Positions 37,575-46,851 of a stretch of 64,000 bases of DNA are shown piece by piece. Both the position numbers and the translations under genes were made by a program. How positions within the stretch are numbered: position 1 is the stretch's first letter; each line of letters opens with the position of its first letter. The notes below the pieces were generated by a model. That model was not told the DNA's origin. It worked only from the letters and a program-made list of their open reading frames with translations, and made no database searches. The stretch spans positions 124,001-188,000 of the IMG/VR virus record IMGVR_UViG_3300027985_000918, one strand, 5' to 3'.

Positions 37575-37814
37575 TCAGCCGTTGGTCTCCAGGAGGGAGA
37601 TCAAGCCCGCCTTGTTCAGTTTGGAGTAGCCGGAGAGACCCTTGTCTCTGGCGGTGGCCTTCAGCTCTGGCATGGTCATTGACTCGAACCCGCCGTCCAC
37701 AGGCTTCGCCTTGGGCTTGGGGGGAGGGCCGATCGGAAGCTGGATGCCTGGACGTTCGGATCCGGGCCGCTGCTCCCGCCTGAGTTGTTCAAGATGTTCA
37801 GTCACCCAACACAT
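37575..37814 (-). CDS. Small protein with Rho_N-like nucleic-acid-binding motif
   Basis: MTMPELKATARDKGLSGYSKLNKAGLISLL. Confidence 0.7.
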   Translation of the reverse strand: MCWVTEHLEQLRREQRPGSERPGIQLPIGPPPKPKAKPVDGGFESMTMPELKATARDKGLSGYSKLNKAGLISLLETNG

Positions 37815-37845
37815 AGGGAATGCTCCTTTGCCGGTTCTTCCGCAT

Positions 37846-37871
37846 CTACTCATTCCAACACTGCTGTTACT
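37846..37871 (-). promoter_or_regulatory. Phage promoter motif (variant)
   Basis: AGTAAC-N14-GAGTAG. Confidence 0.65.
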
Positions 37872-38052
37872 CCATGATTGCATAACCCTGGAGGCCTATC
37901 CAGGTAACAGTCGGTTTCCGGGCCAACGGAACCCATCGCCTCCGCAGGGGGTGGGTGGACTGCGGGGGCGGTCTCTGCCAGGTCACCGACCGCCCCGCTT
38001 CTTCGCAGGAAGCGGCCCAGATTGCGATGGGGAAAGTGTTGTCGTAGGGACA

Positions 38053-38079
38053 GGTAACACCTTCCCCCCCCGCAAGTAG
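38053..38079 (+). promoter_or_regulatory. Phage promoter motif
   Basis: GGTAAC-N15-AAGTAG. Confidence 0.7.
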
Positions 38080-38109
38080 GGGATGCAGGACGAGCGAAGG
38101 AGAAACACA

Positions 38110-38532
38110 TTGAAGACCGACAACAAGATCCACACCACCTTGGCCGGGAACTTTGGAGCCAACTGCTCCGCCATCATGAGTGAGCAGGCCCCCTGCACCT
38201 TCGGGTTTGGGACCCTGTACAACTCGGACACCGAGTTCGGCAAACGGTACCTGGGCGTGGTGGTGGAATGCAAGATCCTCCCCAAGGACGAGCGGCGGCG
38301 CCCGGAGGACCTGCCGGAGAACTACACCCTCGCCGGGGTCACGGAGAAGTCGTGGGACATCTGGGACAACGTGTGGCTCAAGGTCCAAACCCACGCCGCC
38401 AACGGCGTGACCTCCCAGACCAAGTGGGTCTGGTGTGGGAACCGGCATGGCGGGGTCCAGGAGTACGCCAAGGTCGTTGCCCCGGTCCTGGCCGCCCTGG
38501 CCGTCCAGGAGTCCCGGGAGTCCGCTGAGTGA
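38110..38532 (+). CDS. Hypothetical protein
   Basis: TTG start after AAGGAG; promoter motif at 38053-38079. Confidence 0.6.
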   Translation: MKTDNKIHTTLAGNFGANCSAIMSEQAPCTFGFGTLYNSDTEFGKRYLGVVVECKILPKDERRRPEDLPENYTLAGVTEKSWDIWDNVWLKVQTHAANGVTSQTKWVWCGNRHGGVQEYAKVVAPVLAALAVQESRESAE

Positions 38533-38720
38533 CTCTTCCCCCGACCACTTGGGTCATGTCCCTCCGGCCTCGCCGGGGGGACACATACGAGGTTGCCCTG
38601 AAAGACTCTGGGCTGCAAGCCAATGTCCTTGCCTACCTCCAGACAGAGTTGGCTTCCCAGCCCGCCCTAGCCCTCTTTACAGCCGACCTGGCGGTCGAAG
38701 GACCCGATGCCGATGTGTGA
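38529..38720 (+). CDS. Small hypothetical protein
   Basis: GTGA coupling. Confidence 0.4.
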   Translation: MTLPPTTWVMSLRPRRGDTYEVALKDSGLQANVLAYLQTELASQPALALFTADLAVEGPDADV

Positions 38721-39522
38721 CGAAAGCGACAAGAACGCCACCCCCGACGAGATCACCGTGGATGAGGGCTCGACTAGCCTGGACGACGTGTACATCTCCA
38801 CGGCACGACTCGTGGAGGACCTGTTCGTCGAGAACGACCGGATGACCCAGCTTCTGCACATCTACGAAGAAGCACGAGACAGCAGGTACGGCTGGTTCGA
38901 GACCGTGTACGAGATGATGGAGGCTCTGGGTTACCGCCGGGAGGCCCAGGACAACACGTACAACAACCCCAACGATCTCGATGACGACTTCGTGTACGAG
39001 GTCTGGGTGTCCCCCGACTGGAAAGGCGATTGGATCTACCGCACCGAGATGAACGATGACGGCTACATCCCGGAACCTGATCACCGCCCCGAGTGGGCTA
39101 AGCCCATCCTGGACGAGATGGACGAAGACGGAAACGAGACCCTGCCTCAACTGGTGGTGGTCTGCCACTACCACATCGGGGGGGACTCCAGGTACGAGGG
39201 CAACTACAACAGCCCGGTGCTGGGCTACTTCGAGGGCGACTACACGGTGCCCTTCGACCTGTGCCTCCAGTGGCATCTGGAGCCCTGCGAAGAAGACGAC
39301 GACGAAGCCGCCCAGTTCTTCGCCCAAAATGCCAACGAGGGGGGCTACCTGGACAGTAGTGAGGCCACCTACCATCTGGAGTCCAAGTACGGCATCGAGG
39401 TCGTCGTGGACGAAGACGGGAACTCAGTCCCGTTCAACCCGGAAAAGCGGGCATTCCTGGTCCAGAACGAGAACGGGCAGCGGTTCTGGGCGTACCCCGA
39501 CCGACACTATTTCGGGCAATGA
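38707..39522 (+). CDS. Highly acidic hypothetical protein
   Basis: 271 aa, D/E-rich, strong GC3 codon bias. Confidence 0.7.
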   Translation: MPMCDESDKNATPDEITVDEGSTSLDDVYISTARLVEDLFVENDRMTQLLHIYEEARDSRYGWFETVYEMMEALGYRREAQDNTYNNPNDLDDDFVYEVWVSPDWKGDWIYRTEMNDDGYIPEPDHRPEWAKPILDEMDEDGNETLPQLVVVCHYHIGGDSRYEGNYNSPVLGYFEGDYTVPFDLCLQWHLEPCEEDDDEAAQFFAQNANEGGYLDSSEATYHLESKYGIEVVVDEDGNSVPFNPEKRAFLVQNENGQRFWAYPDRHYFGQ

Positions 39523-39524
39523 GG

Positions 39525-39550
39525 GGTAACCTGCCGTCCTCCCCGAGTAG
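39525..39550 (+). promoter_or_regulatory. Phage promoter motif heading the CYTH-MBL operon
   Basis: GGTAAC-N14-GAGTAG. Confidence 0.75.
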
Positions 39551-39574
39551 TTGATGAGAACAACGGAGGCCACC

Positions 39575-39823
39575 ATGAACACGGAAACCACCCGTGGTGG
39601 CCTCCACCAGCCTGGCGTAGGAGTTCGATTACTTATGGCTTCCAAGTGGCCCCTTCAGATCAAAGTCGGCAAGACCCGGTTCAAGATCATGCACCCGGAA
39701 CAGGGTCGGCACCAGATCATCAACACCAAGACAGGTGAGGTGGTGGGACATCTGGTAGAGCACCAGGTGCCGTTCAACGGACTCAAGGTCGCAGCCCGGG
39801 AAGTCATCGAGCAGGTCGCATGA
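39575..39823 (+). CDS. Hypothetical protein
   Basis: Promoter motif plus conserved leader. Confidence 0.65.
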   Translation: MNTETTRGGLHQPGVGVRLLMASKWPLQIKVGKTRFKIMHPEQGRHQIINTKTGEVVGHLVEHQVPFNGLKVAAREVIEQVA

Positions 39824-40287
39824 TGGGCATCGAGATCGAACGCAAATATCTCGTTGCCGACGACGGCTGGAAGCAGGAGCACGTCATCTCCCACCAGTCC
39901 ATTCGCCAGGGGTTCCTGTCCACGGACCCACTGCGGGTGGTCCGGGTGAGAGTTACCGAAGACCAGGGGTTCTTGACCGTCAAAGGGGCGGGCCATCTGT
40001 CCCGCCCCGAATACGAGTACGAGATCCCCACTGAGGATGCTGAAGCTCTCCTTCTGCTCTGCAAAGGGAAGATCATCCAGAAGACCCGCTGGACGCTGGT
40101 TTTCTCCGGCCGACACTGGGAGGTGGACGTATTCGAGGGCCAGCACGCAGGACTGGTCCTGGCTGAGACCGAAATGAAGGTCGAGAACGAGATCTTCAAG
40201 GTCCCTTCCTGGGCGGATCTGGATGTTACGATGTACCCCAGATACAAGAACATGAACCTCGCCTTGGAAGGGGAAGACATCCCATGA
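39820..40287 (+). CDS. CYTH / triphosphate tunnel metalloenzyme
   Basis: EIERKYLV, IRQGFL, VRVRV, LTVKG, EYEYEIP, KTR, WEVDVF, LAETE. Confidence 0.9.
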   Translation: MMGIEIERKYLVADDGWKQEHVISHQSIRQGFLSTDPLRVVRVRVTEDQGFLTVKGAGHLSRPEYEYEIPTEDAEALLLLCKGKIIQKTRWTLVFSGRHWEVDVFEGQHAGLVLAETEMKVENEIFKVPSWADLDVTMYPRYKNMNLALEGEDIP

Positions 40288-41096
40288 GCTTGACCATCAT
40301 CTCTCTCGGTCATGGAGGGGGCGTTCCTGTCTTCCCCTACGGGACCGCCGGCAACACCAACTTCGCTCTGGTCCCTGGGCGGCACGAAGGACCCGTGGTG
40401 GGCATCCTCCGGTCCAACCCCTACTGGCTCATCGACTGCGGGCCGGAAACCTTGATGAGGATCGCAGGGACGGGACAGATCCCGGAACCCATGGTTCAGA
40501 ACCTCCAGGGGGTCATTGTCACTCACTGCCATGGGGATCATTCTGGGGGGCTCTACGGTCTGGCTTGGAGGACTCACTTCATCGAAGAGAGGAAGGTCAA
40601 CCTGGTCTACCGGGAAGAGCTGATCCCGTTTTTGGAGGATCAGCTCATCGAGATCCAGTACCTGTCCGGAGACACCCCTCGGGTGCCCTGGACCTACTAC
40701 TGGGAGACCGTCGCCTGTTCTCCCACCCGGATATGGATGGACCTAGGGGATTTCAAGATCTGCTTTTTCAAGGTGGACCACAACATCCCCGGTTTTCCCA
40801 GCTTCGGAGTCGAGGTGCAGACCGTAGAGGGGGGCAGAGCTGTCTTCAGTGGAGACAGCGCCCACCCCATCGACGCCCACCGCTTCAGTGGTGCCGACGT
40901 GGTGTTCCACGATGTGCAGTTCTACACGAGCGACCCGAGGGTAGCCGTACACTGCCCATACGAGGCCCTGGAAACCGCTGTGAGCCCCGAGTTGCGGAAA
41001 AAGGTACACCTGGCCCATACCGGCCAGAAGCCGCCGGGGGCGGCCTTAGAGGCGTTCTCCTGGGCTTCTCTTGATACGATCGTAGTGGTGGATTAG
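40284..41096 (+). CDS. MBL-fold metallohydrolase resembling Apyc1 cyclic-nucleotide phosphodiesterases
   Basis: LIDCG, THCHGDHSGG, VDH, FSGDS, VFHDVQF, VHCPYEAL, VHLAHTG. Confidence 0.8.
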   Translation: MSLTIISLGHGGGVPVFPYGTAGNTNFALVPGRHEGPVVGILRSNPYWLIDCGPETLMRIAGTGQIPEPMVQNLQGVIVTHCHGDHSGGLYGLAWRTHFIEERKVNLVYREELIPFLEDQLIEIQYLSGDTPRVPWTYYWETVACSPTRIWMDLGDFKICFFKVDHNIPGFPSFGVEVQTVEGGRAVFSGDSAHPIDAHRFSGADVVFHDVQFYTSDPRVAVHCPYEALETAVSPELRKKVHLAHTGQKPPGAALEAFSWASLDTIVVVD

Positions 41097-42682
41097 CGGG
41101 AGGAACCCGAACGGCTATTGCTGTCGGTGGTGAGGCGCCGGCTCAGAAGGTACGTGTCGGTGTCGTGCTTGTCCGACAGGTCCTCCAAGAAGTTGATCAT
41201 TCCGACCGTGAGCACATCGAGGCGTTCACCAAGGTCCAGCACCTGCTTGATGTTCCCCTTGAAATCCTGCTCAGCAGCCAACGCCTGATCGAAATTGTCC
41301 CCAGGAATCTCATCCCACTGCTTGATCCAAAACGCCGTCCACATGGCCTGCTGCTTGGGATCCACAGCATCGACACCGTACATGTCCACCAGCTTCTCAG
41401 CCAGGCCGTCGATCTGATCGTCCATCGCCTCATACAGGCGCTGGAACAGGAGATGATCCCCGTAGTAGCCCGTCCCCGAAGCGGTCCAGTGGCAGTTGAG
41501 AATGAAGTCACGAAGGGCTCGGAGCTGACTCAGGAGGCGCATCAAAGCCAACTGGGCTGAGGCTTTGCCAGCGGCATCGGCCTTTTTTCCCGCTGCTGGG
41601 GGAACTACCTGAGTGATTCGACCGTCATTTGTCCCTACCCACAAAGGGACTTGGTGCAGAGCGGGAATGCTGGAATGCAGGTTCCTCCGTCCGACAAGCC
41701 CCTTGAAAGCCCGCAGGCCAAACCGGGTGGCCTGCCCTGAAGAAATGTCAGCGTAGATGAACCACGCCTTGTGTGGCTGGACGTAACGGAACTTGTGCTG
41801 GGCCAACTCAATGACTTTGTTGTCTTTCATCATGGAGGGGGCCAGCTCCCGAATCTGGGACATCCCGAACTTGCGCTCGAACTCCGCTAGCGCTTTCATC
41901 TCTGGGGTCTCTTCGGGCTCTGGTCCCACATCGTCGAACAAAGTGAACCCATCCAGCATGGCCCTCTTCCCTACCGGCTCGACCACCCAGTCGTCCACAT
42001 CATCGAACCTATCGAGCTGGGGGCGAACCATCGTTGCCGCCTTGTTGTCGGCGTCCTTGTCGTCCCGAGCCGTGAATTCCTTGGACCATAGCTCCTCCCC
42101 TGAGTCACTGAACAGGTAGACTCGGTACTTCCCGCCCGCCGCCGCCTGCTTGGACACCCATTTTGAAGCCAGGGAGTAGACGTAGCTCTCCACCTCATCG
42201 GTGGAAACCCCTGCCTTGTCCGCCAAGCCGTGAACCTTCGAGTCAGGCACGGCTTTCCCCCCATACTCCCTCAGGAGGGCGTGGAGCTGATCCTTCAGAT
42301 CCTTAGGGATGGCGGCCTTCTTGTCGCACTTGCCGGCCTCCATCCTCTCCAGCTTATCGTAGTAGGCCGGATCTTCGGTGAGGTGGTCCCGAGCAATCTC
42401 CCGAGCAAGGGATGGATCATCCGTGTGCTCCATCTCGACCTTCTGCCCCTTGGCAACAGCTTTGGGATCGAAGTCGGAGGGCTTCTTTTTGTCAGAGAGT
42501 CCGCCAGGAATCTGGTCCTTAGCCGTTTTGAACTCGTGGGAAGGTTTCATCTTCTTGTAGATCCCCATCACATAGGCGTAGAAATCCTTGTCGGACTCTT
42601 TGCGGCCGTCATCCTTGGCAATTTCCACCGCTTTGGTCCACTTCTCTTCATCACGCCTCGTGTGGACCACGTTGCTGGGCAT
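41093..42682 (-). CDS. Multidomain phage protein: ChaB-like N-terminus, DUF5661-like module, C-terminal ferritin/Dps-like four-helix bundle
   Basis: GQKVEMEHTDD..LAREIARDHLTEDPAYYDKL; HWTASG...HLLFQRLYEAMDDQIDGLAEK. Confidence 0.6.
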   Translation of the reverse strand: MPSNVVHTRRDEEKWTKAVEIAKDDGRKESDKDFYAYVMGIYKKMKPSHEFKTAKDQIPGGLSDKKKPSDFDPKAVAKGQKVEMEHTDDPSLAREIARDHLTEDPAYYDKLERMEAGKCDKKAAIPKDLKDQLHALLREYGGKAVPDSKVHGLADKAGVSTDEVESYVYSLASKWVSKQAAAGGKYRVYLFSDSGEELWSKEFTARDDKDADNKAATMVRPQLDRFDDVDDWVVEPVGKRAMLDGFTLFDDVGPEPEETPEMKALAEFERKFGMSQIRELAPSMMKDNKVIELAQHKFRYVQPHKAWFIYADISSGQATRFGLRAFKGLVGRRNLHSSIPALHQVPLWVGTNDGRITQVVPPAAGKKADAAGKASAQLALMRLLSQLRALRDFILNCHWTASGTGYYGDHLLFQRLYEAMDDQIDGLAEKLVDMYGVDAVDPKQQAMWTAFWIKQWDEIPGDNFDQALAAEQDFKGNIKQVLDLGERLDVLTVGMINFLEDLSDKHDTDTYLLSRRLTTDSNSRSGSSR

Positions 42683-43956
42683 TAGCGGATCTCCTTGTAT
42701 GTGAGGGTCGACAGGGCCTCTCCGGACCCCGTCACCAATCGGGCACACACCCACAACTCATCGGGCGTACCGTCATAGGCCGAAACCACAGGCACAGATT
42801 CGATTAGAGTACCCGAAACAGCATTGCCACGGGACTGAGCTCCCCCCCCAAGCACCCCGGAGCTGAGAACTAGAGAGCGGGCCCCATTGGGCAATCCGCT
42901 CCCGTTTACCCCCACCGCAATCTGGCTGCGGCTGTACTGGGCAATGGAATCCGCCCCTGGGACATCTGCCCAGACGGCAGCTCCTGTCCCACCGGGATTT
43001 AGCACCAAGCACCACAACAGGGCTTCGGTGTCCAGGTTGATGAAGCTATGCTCCAGAGCCCGGAGAGTGGCGTGGATGTTGGCGGCTTGAAGCCGGATAC
43101 CTAGAATGGTGGTGAGAGTGGTACTGGTCGCAGCCAACCCCGTTCCAGAGTCGGGCTGAGACCAAACCGATCGTTGGGCGCCAGGCTCATCCACGGCACC
43201 TTCCCGGTTTACTGCCGAACAGATCTGCATCAACTCTGTGGGGCCCGCAGTGGCCCCGGTGTTCTCGATTTCGTAGCGGACGGGGAGCTTCGGGGAACGG
43301 ATGTAGGGGAGAGTGTTCCCCCCCTGGTTGGCATGCTTGAACTCATGGACGTAGATGATCATCCCGTCGATGTCGAAGCCCATACGGACTCGCCCAACCC
43401 CCAACCATTGGAAATCGCACACCCAAATCTGGGTCTTGGTTAGATCCAGGGTGATACCGCTAGGCCCGGTTCCGTCAAGGGGATCCATGTTCCAGGAAGA
43501 CTGAGGGATGCGTTCGTAGGTGGTGGCCCCGGAGGCAACGGACCGGATGACCATTTCAGGGTCATCGTTATCCCTCACCTCCAAATACATCCCTTCGGCC
43601 CCATTGAAGTAGCCAACCTTCTGAGTCATATTGGCCTGGGGAGGCGCCATCAAAAAAGTGGCTAGGACAAGCTGACCCTGGGCTGCACGGTAAGAATAGA
43701 ATTCTTTGGACTGTCGGACTACACGGTCTCCGGCTGCCGCCGTCACTGCCAACCGCATGGTTCCCGAGCTAGGATGATATGTAGCCGTTCCGGCCCCCGC
43801 CACAGTGCCGTCCCAATACAGAGTACGATCTGCCGTGTCAAACAACGTCGAGAACTGGAGATGAGGATAGCTAACCCTCACCCGACTGAACGGGTCCAGG
43901 TTGGGGCCGTCAGAAATACCCACGTCCTCGGGGAAAGTGCTACCGGGATAACTCAT
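42682..43956 (-). CDS. Probable virion structural protein (beta-rich, lectin/LamG-like)
   Basis: Ala/Gly/Thr-rich and beta-strand-rich; late-type cluster; inference only. Confidence 0.5.
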   Translation of the reverse strand: MSYPGSTFPEDVGISDGPNLDPFSRVRVSYPHLQFSTLFDTADRTLYWDGTVAGAGTATYHPSSGTMRLAVTAAAGDRVVRQSKEFYSYRAAQGQLVLATFLMAPPQANMTQKVGYFNGAEGMYLEVRDNDDPEMVIRSVASGATTYERIPQSSWNMDPLDGTGPSGITLDLTKTQIWVCDFQWLGVGRVRMGFDIDGMIIYVHEFKHANQGGNTLPYIRSPKLPVRYEIENTGATAGPTELMQICSAVNREGAVDEPGAQRSVWSQPDSGTGLAATSTTLTTILGIRLQAANIHATLRALEHSFINLDTEALLWCLVLNPGGTGAAVWADVPGADSIAQYSRSQIAVGVNGSGLPNGARSLVLSSGVLGGGAQSRGNAVSGTLIESVPVVSAYDGTPDELWVCARLVTGSGEALSTLTYKEIR

Positions 43957-44651
43957 GCCAGACTCCACTCAGTGCCGGAGAACACGAACTTGAGGGCTGC
44001 GTAGTTTCCGTTGATGACGATGCTACCAGCACCGTCAATAGTTTCTGCCCCGTCTGCGTTGATGGTGATGTTGTTGACCGTTGCGGTCCCGGTTTTGTCC
44101 TTGACAGTCACCACCCCAGTCGTATGGGTAGCTCCCGCAGGGAGGTTGACCACGAAAGGGACGGGGATTGCGGGATTGACCAGCACATACTCGTCCCCCA
44201 CCGCTACAGCATATGGGGTAACCAGAGCTTCCACGATGCTGGGGGACCCGGGGCTGAACGACTGATTCTCCCACCGGGAATGAGCGGCGCTGTATCGCAG
44301 GAACTGACCATCCGCAAGGGCAAGGGGGTACTGAACGTCTCCCAAATCCTCCAACAGGATCTCAGACGTGAGGGCCGACCCTAGGATGAACTGAGCGCTG
44401 ATCTCTCCCTGGTCGCATAGGCGGCGGATATCCCCAGACTCGAACGATCTGGCAACTGCTGTGCCGTAAGTCAGATCGATGGACCCACCGGCAGGGACGT
44501 AGAAGGGTTCTGGGGAGAGACCCCGGATCTCGGCAGCGGCCCGCAGGTCATCAAGCAGCAAGGAACTGCCCCGCACCGTACCTGCAAGGTACGGAGGGCT
44601 CGGCAGGGTCTTCCCAAGATGGATGAGCCGGAGTTGAATGCCTTCGGCCAT
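43953..44651 (-). CDS. Probable virion/tail-associated protein
   Basis: C-terminal VNLPAG...VTVKD.TG.A..NNITI...GAETIDG module typical of tail-fibre/baseplate proteins. Confidence 0.55.
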   Translation of the reverse strand: MAEGIQLRLIHLGKTLPSPPYLAGTVRGSSLLLDDLRAAAEIRGLSPEPFYVPAGGSIDLTYGTAVARSFESGDIRRLCDQGEISAQFILGSALTSEILLEDLGDVQYPLALADGQFLRYSAAHSRWENQSFSPGSPSIVEALVTPYAVAVGDEYVLVNPAIPVPFVVNLPAGATHTTGVVTVKDKTGTATVNNITINADGAETIDGAGSIVINGNYAALKFVFSGTEWSLA

Positions 44652-44721
44652 GCAGGTTTCCTCCACACCCGTCCCCCGGGTTGGTCTCTACCGACAGAGG
44701 CCTATAGGCGTTTGACCGGGC

Positions 44722-45627
44722 TTATGCGCCGAACAACTCTCCGATGAGGTCTTCTTCGCCCACTCCCGTCCACTTGGACGGGAACTTGGAGATCAGGGCT
44801 TCCCCCAGGTTCTTGAGGTAGTCGTAGCCGTAATCCCCATTCTCGGCACATCGGGAGAGGGTGTCGGGGATGTCATTCTCGATCTCCGAGCAGAAGAACA
44901 CGGCGGGGGCGGCAATAGCCGCAGAAGTGTCCACGTCCCCTGTGAGAGACACGATGTGCTTGAGAATAGCCGAGGCACTGTCGTAGCGTTGGATCGCCCC
45001 AATGGCCGCACGAACGTGCTGAAAGCCTTTCTCCTGAATGGGAGTAACCCAGCCATCTGCCCAACCCCATCCTGGAATCAGCTCTTCGATGTACGCTCCC
45101 GCATCCGCCTTGGGGCCGATGTGGTGGTATGTGTAGTGGGTGAGCAAAGCCGAGGCGGCAGCGGCCTCCAGCCCCGCCCTGGTGGCGTGCGTGAGACACC
45201 CCTGGAGGTAAGCGGCGTCAATGACTCCCTGCTCTTCCTTGAGCAATCCCAGGACCGGAGCCCGCATAGCGGCCCCCGACTTGTCACTGTAGGGACGGAT
45301 GCCCTTCAGAAACTCGGCCGGAGTTTGGACTCTCGCCAGAAAGTCGTAGAACGCCCCGGCGTATCCCTTGCGGGGGTCCCGTCGGAATGTGCTCAAAAAA
45401 GACTGGGCGATGTCACCCAAGCTCCAGGTGGACGGGAGTGGCTGCCGAAGCATCAACTCGGCCAACGCTACCTGCATCTGGGTGTCGTCCGAATATGTCC
45501 CGGGCTTCGTCTTCCACTTGGGGTGGCTCTGGAAGGTCCGAAGGTTGTTCCTCTTGGCGACGAATTTGGGGTCGGCATACTCGAAGCCGAAACCGTATCC
45601 GTCAAAAATCGCCGTATAGTGGAGCAC
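44722..45627 (-). CDS. ADP-ribosylglycohydrolase (ARH/DraG family)
   Basis: AIFDGYGFGFEY, YSDDTQM, SGAAMR, LTH, GDVDT. Confidence 0.88.
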   Translation of the reverse strand: MLHYTAIFDGYGFGFEYADPKFVAKRNNLRTFQSHPKWKTKPGTYSDDTQMQVALAELMLRQPLPSTWSLGDIAQSFLSTFRRDPRKGYAGAFYDFLARVQTPAEFLKGIRPYSDKSGAAMRAPVLGLLKEEQGVIDAAYLQGCLTHATRAGLEAAAASALLTHYTYHHIGPKADAGAYIEELIPGWGWADGWVTPIQEKGFQHVRAAIGAIQRYDSASAILKHIVSLTGDVDTSAAIAAPAVFFCSEIENDIPDTLSRCAENGDYGYDYLKNLGEALISKFPSKWTGVGEEDLIGELFGA

Positions 45628-45659
45628 TCTTTGGACTCTCCTTTGATGGGGCAGCCTAT

Positions 45660-45686
45660 CTACCCGGGAATCCTACCCCCGTTACC
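45660..45686 (-). promoter_or_regulatory. Phage promoter motif upstream of ARH
   Basis: GGTAAC-N15-GGGTAG. Confidence 0.7.
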
Positions 45687-46851
45687 GGCTGAGGTCTCTA
45701 CGGCGGGGATCCGGCGGAGGGGCGCTCGGCCCACCCGGCACCATCGAGAGGGATGCGTGAACCGTCCCCAGGTTCTCGTCAGTGTACCGGGTGCCGGCCT
45801 GACGGGCGGAGAGAGCCTGGGTGAACGTGTCGTACTGACTGGTCACCTTGGCGACCGCCCCCAACATCACATCTACTACCCGACGCTGGTCGTGCAGCGG
45901 GAGGACATGATCCGATCCCAGAACCCGATTCCAGTACCCGTCGATATCGTAAGAACAGGATTTGACATAATAGTTGTGGTCTGCAGTGTGGGCCAGAACG
46001 GTGAACACTTCCCCCTTGCGCCGGAGGCAGGAGAACGTGTCCTTAGCCGTGTCCAGCTCCTCGTCTTTGCTGATCCCGACCCCCTGCAAACAGTAGCGGC
46101 TCGCCATGCTCTCGGCACCGGCCTCGTCGGTGATAAAGAACGTGAAGACGTGTTTGGCCGACCCAGTGTCCACGGCGTGCAGGAGCCAGTGGGCGACGAT
46201 CTCCGGGCTCTCTTCACCGTCCCCCCCACCCGAGGCCTCGGTGTTCAGGGCCTCCAAATGGTCGTCGAGAAGGGGTCCGCTGGCGAAGTCGATAACCTCG
46301 ATCACGTCACCGTACTTCACATCGCCGTATGTGATGAACAGGATCTGAAGGTCATCCCCCAGGAACTTCTGGGCCTCCCCGAACATCAACGGGAGGCGAC
46401 GGAAGATCTCGGGAACCCAGGACCGGATAGACCCAGTCACATCCACGACGACCTGGATGACGGCCTTAGCCGTGCTCTTAAGCGTCTTGCCGTGGGGCCT
46501 CCGGTTGAAGGAGTGCGGCGGCACCGGGACGTGGTTATGCTGCCAAACCACAGAAGCGGCAGGCTTAGGGGCGGGCTTCGGCGGCGCCTGAACGGCAGGG
46601 CTAGGGTTCCACGCCCTGGACGCCTGGTCCTTGACAGCCTTATCCTTGGCAGCCTTGTCTTTGCACCCCCAGCACAGATCACCGCTGTAGTTCACCTCCT
46701 TGCCACAGGAGCAGCGGTAAGTAGGGGCTGGGGTGCTATAACCTCTCCGGGCTCGGCTGTAATCAGTTCTGCTGTAGATATCCTCGCTGGAGTCACTCCG
46801 ATCACGATAGTCACGTCGGTCACTGCCGCCCCATCCAAAGGATCCACTCAT
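45682..46851 (-). CDS. vWA-domain protein with RS-rich/zinc-finger N-terminus
   Basis: VVDVTGSI MIDAS, TYGD, SGGGDGEESPE, FITDE; CSC...CWGC. Confidence 0.75.
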   Translation of the reverse strand: MSGSFGWGGSDRRDYRDRSDSSEDIYSRTDYSRARRGYSTPAPTYRCSCGKEVNYSGDLCWGCKDKAAKDKAVKDQASRAWNPSPAVQAPPKPAPKPAASVVWQHNHVPVPPHSFNRRPHGKTLKSTAKAVIQVVVDVTGSIRSWVPEIFRRLPLMFGEAQKFLGDDLQILFITYGDVKYGDVIEVIDFASGPLLDDHLEALNTEASGGGDGEESPEIVAHWLLHAVDTGSAKHVFTFFITDEAGAESMASRYCLQGVGISKDEELDTAKDTFSCLRRKGEVFTVLAHTADHNYYVKSCSYDIDGYWNRVLGSDHVLPLHDQRRVVDVMLGAVAKVTSQYDTFTQALSARQAGTRYTDENLGTVHASLSMVPGGPSAPPPDPRRRDLSR

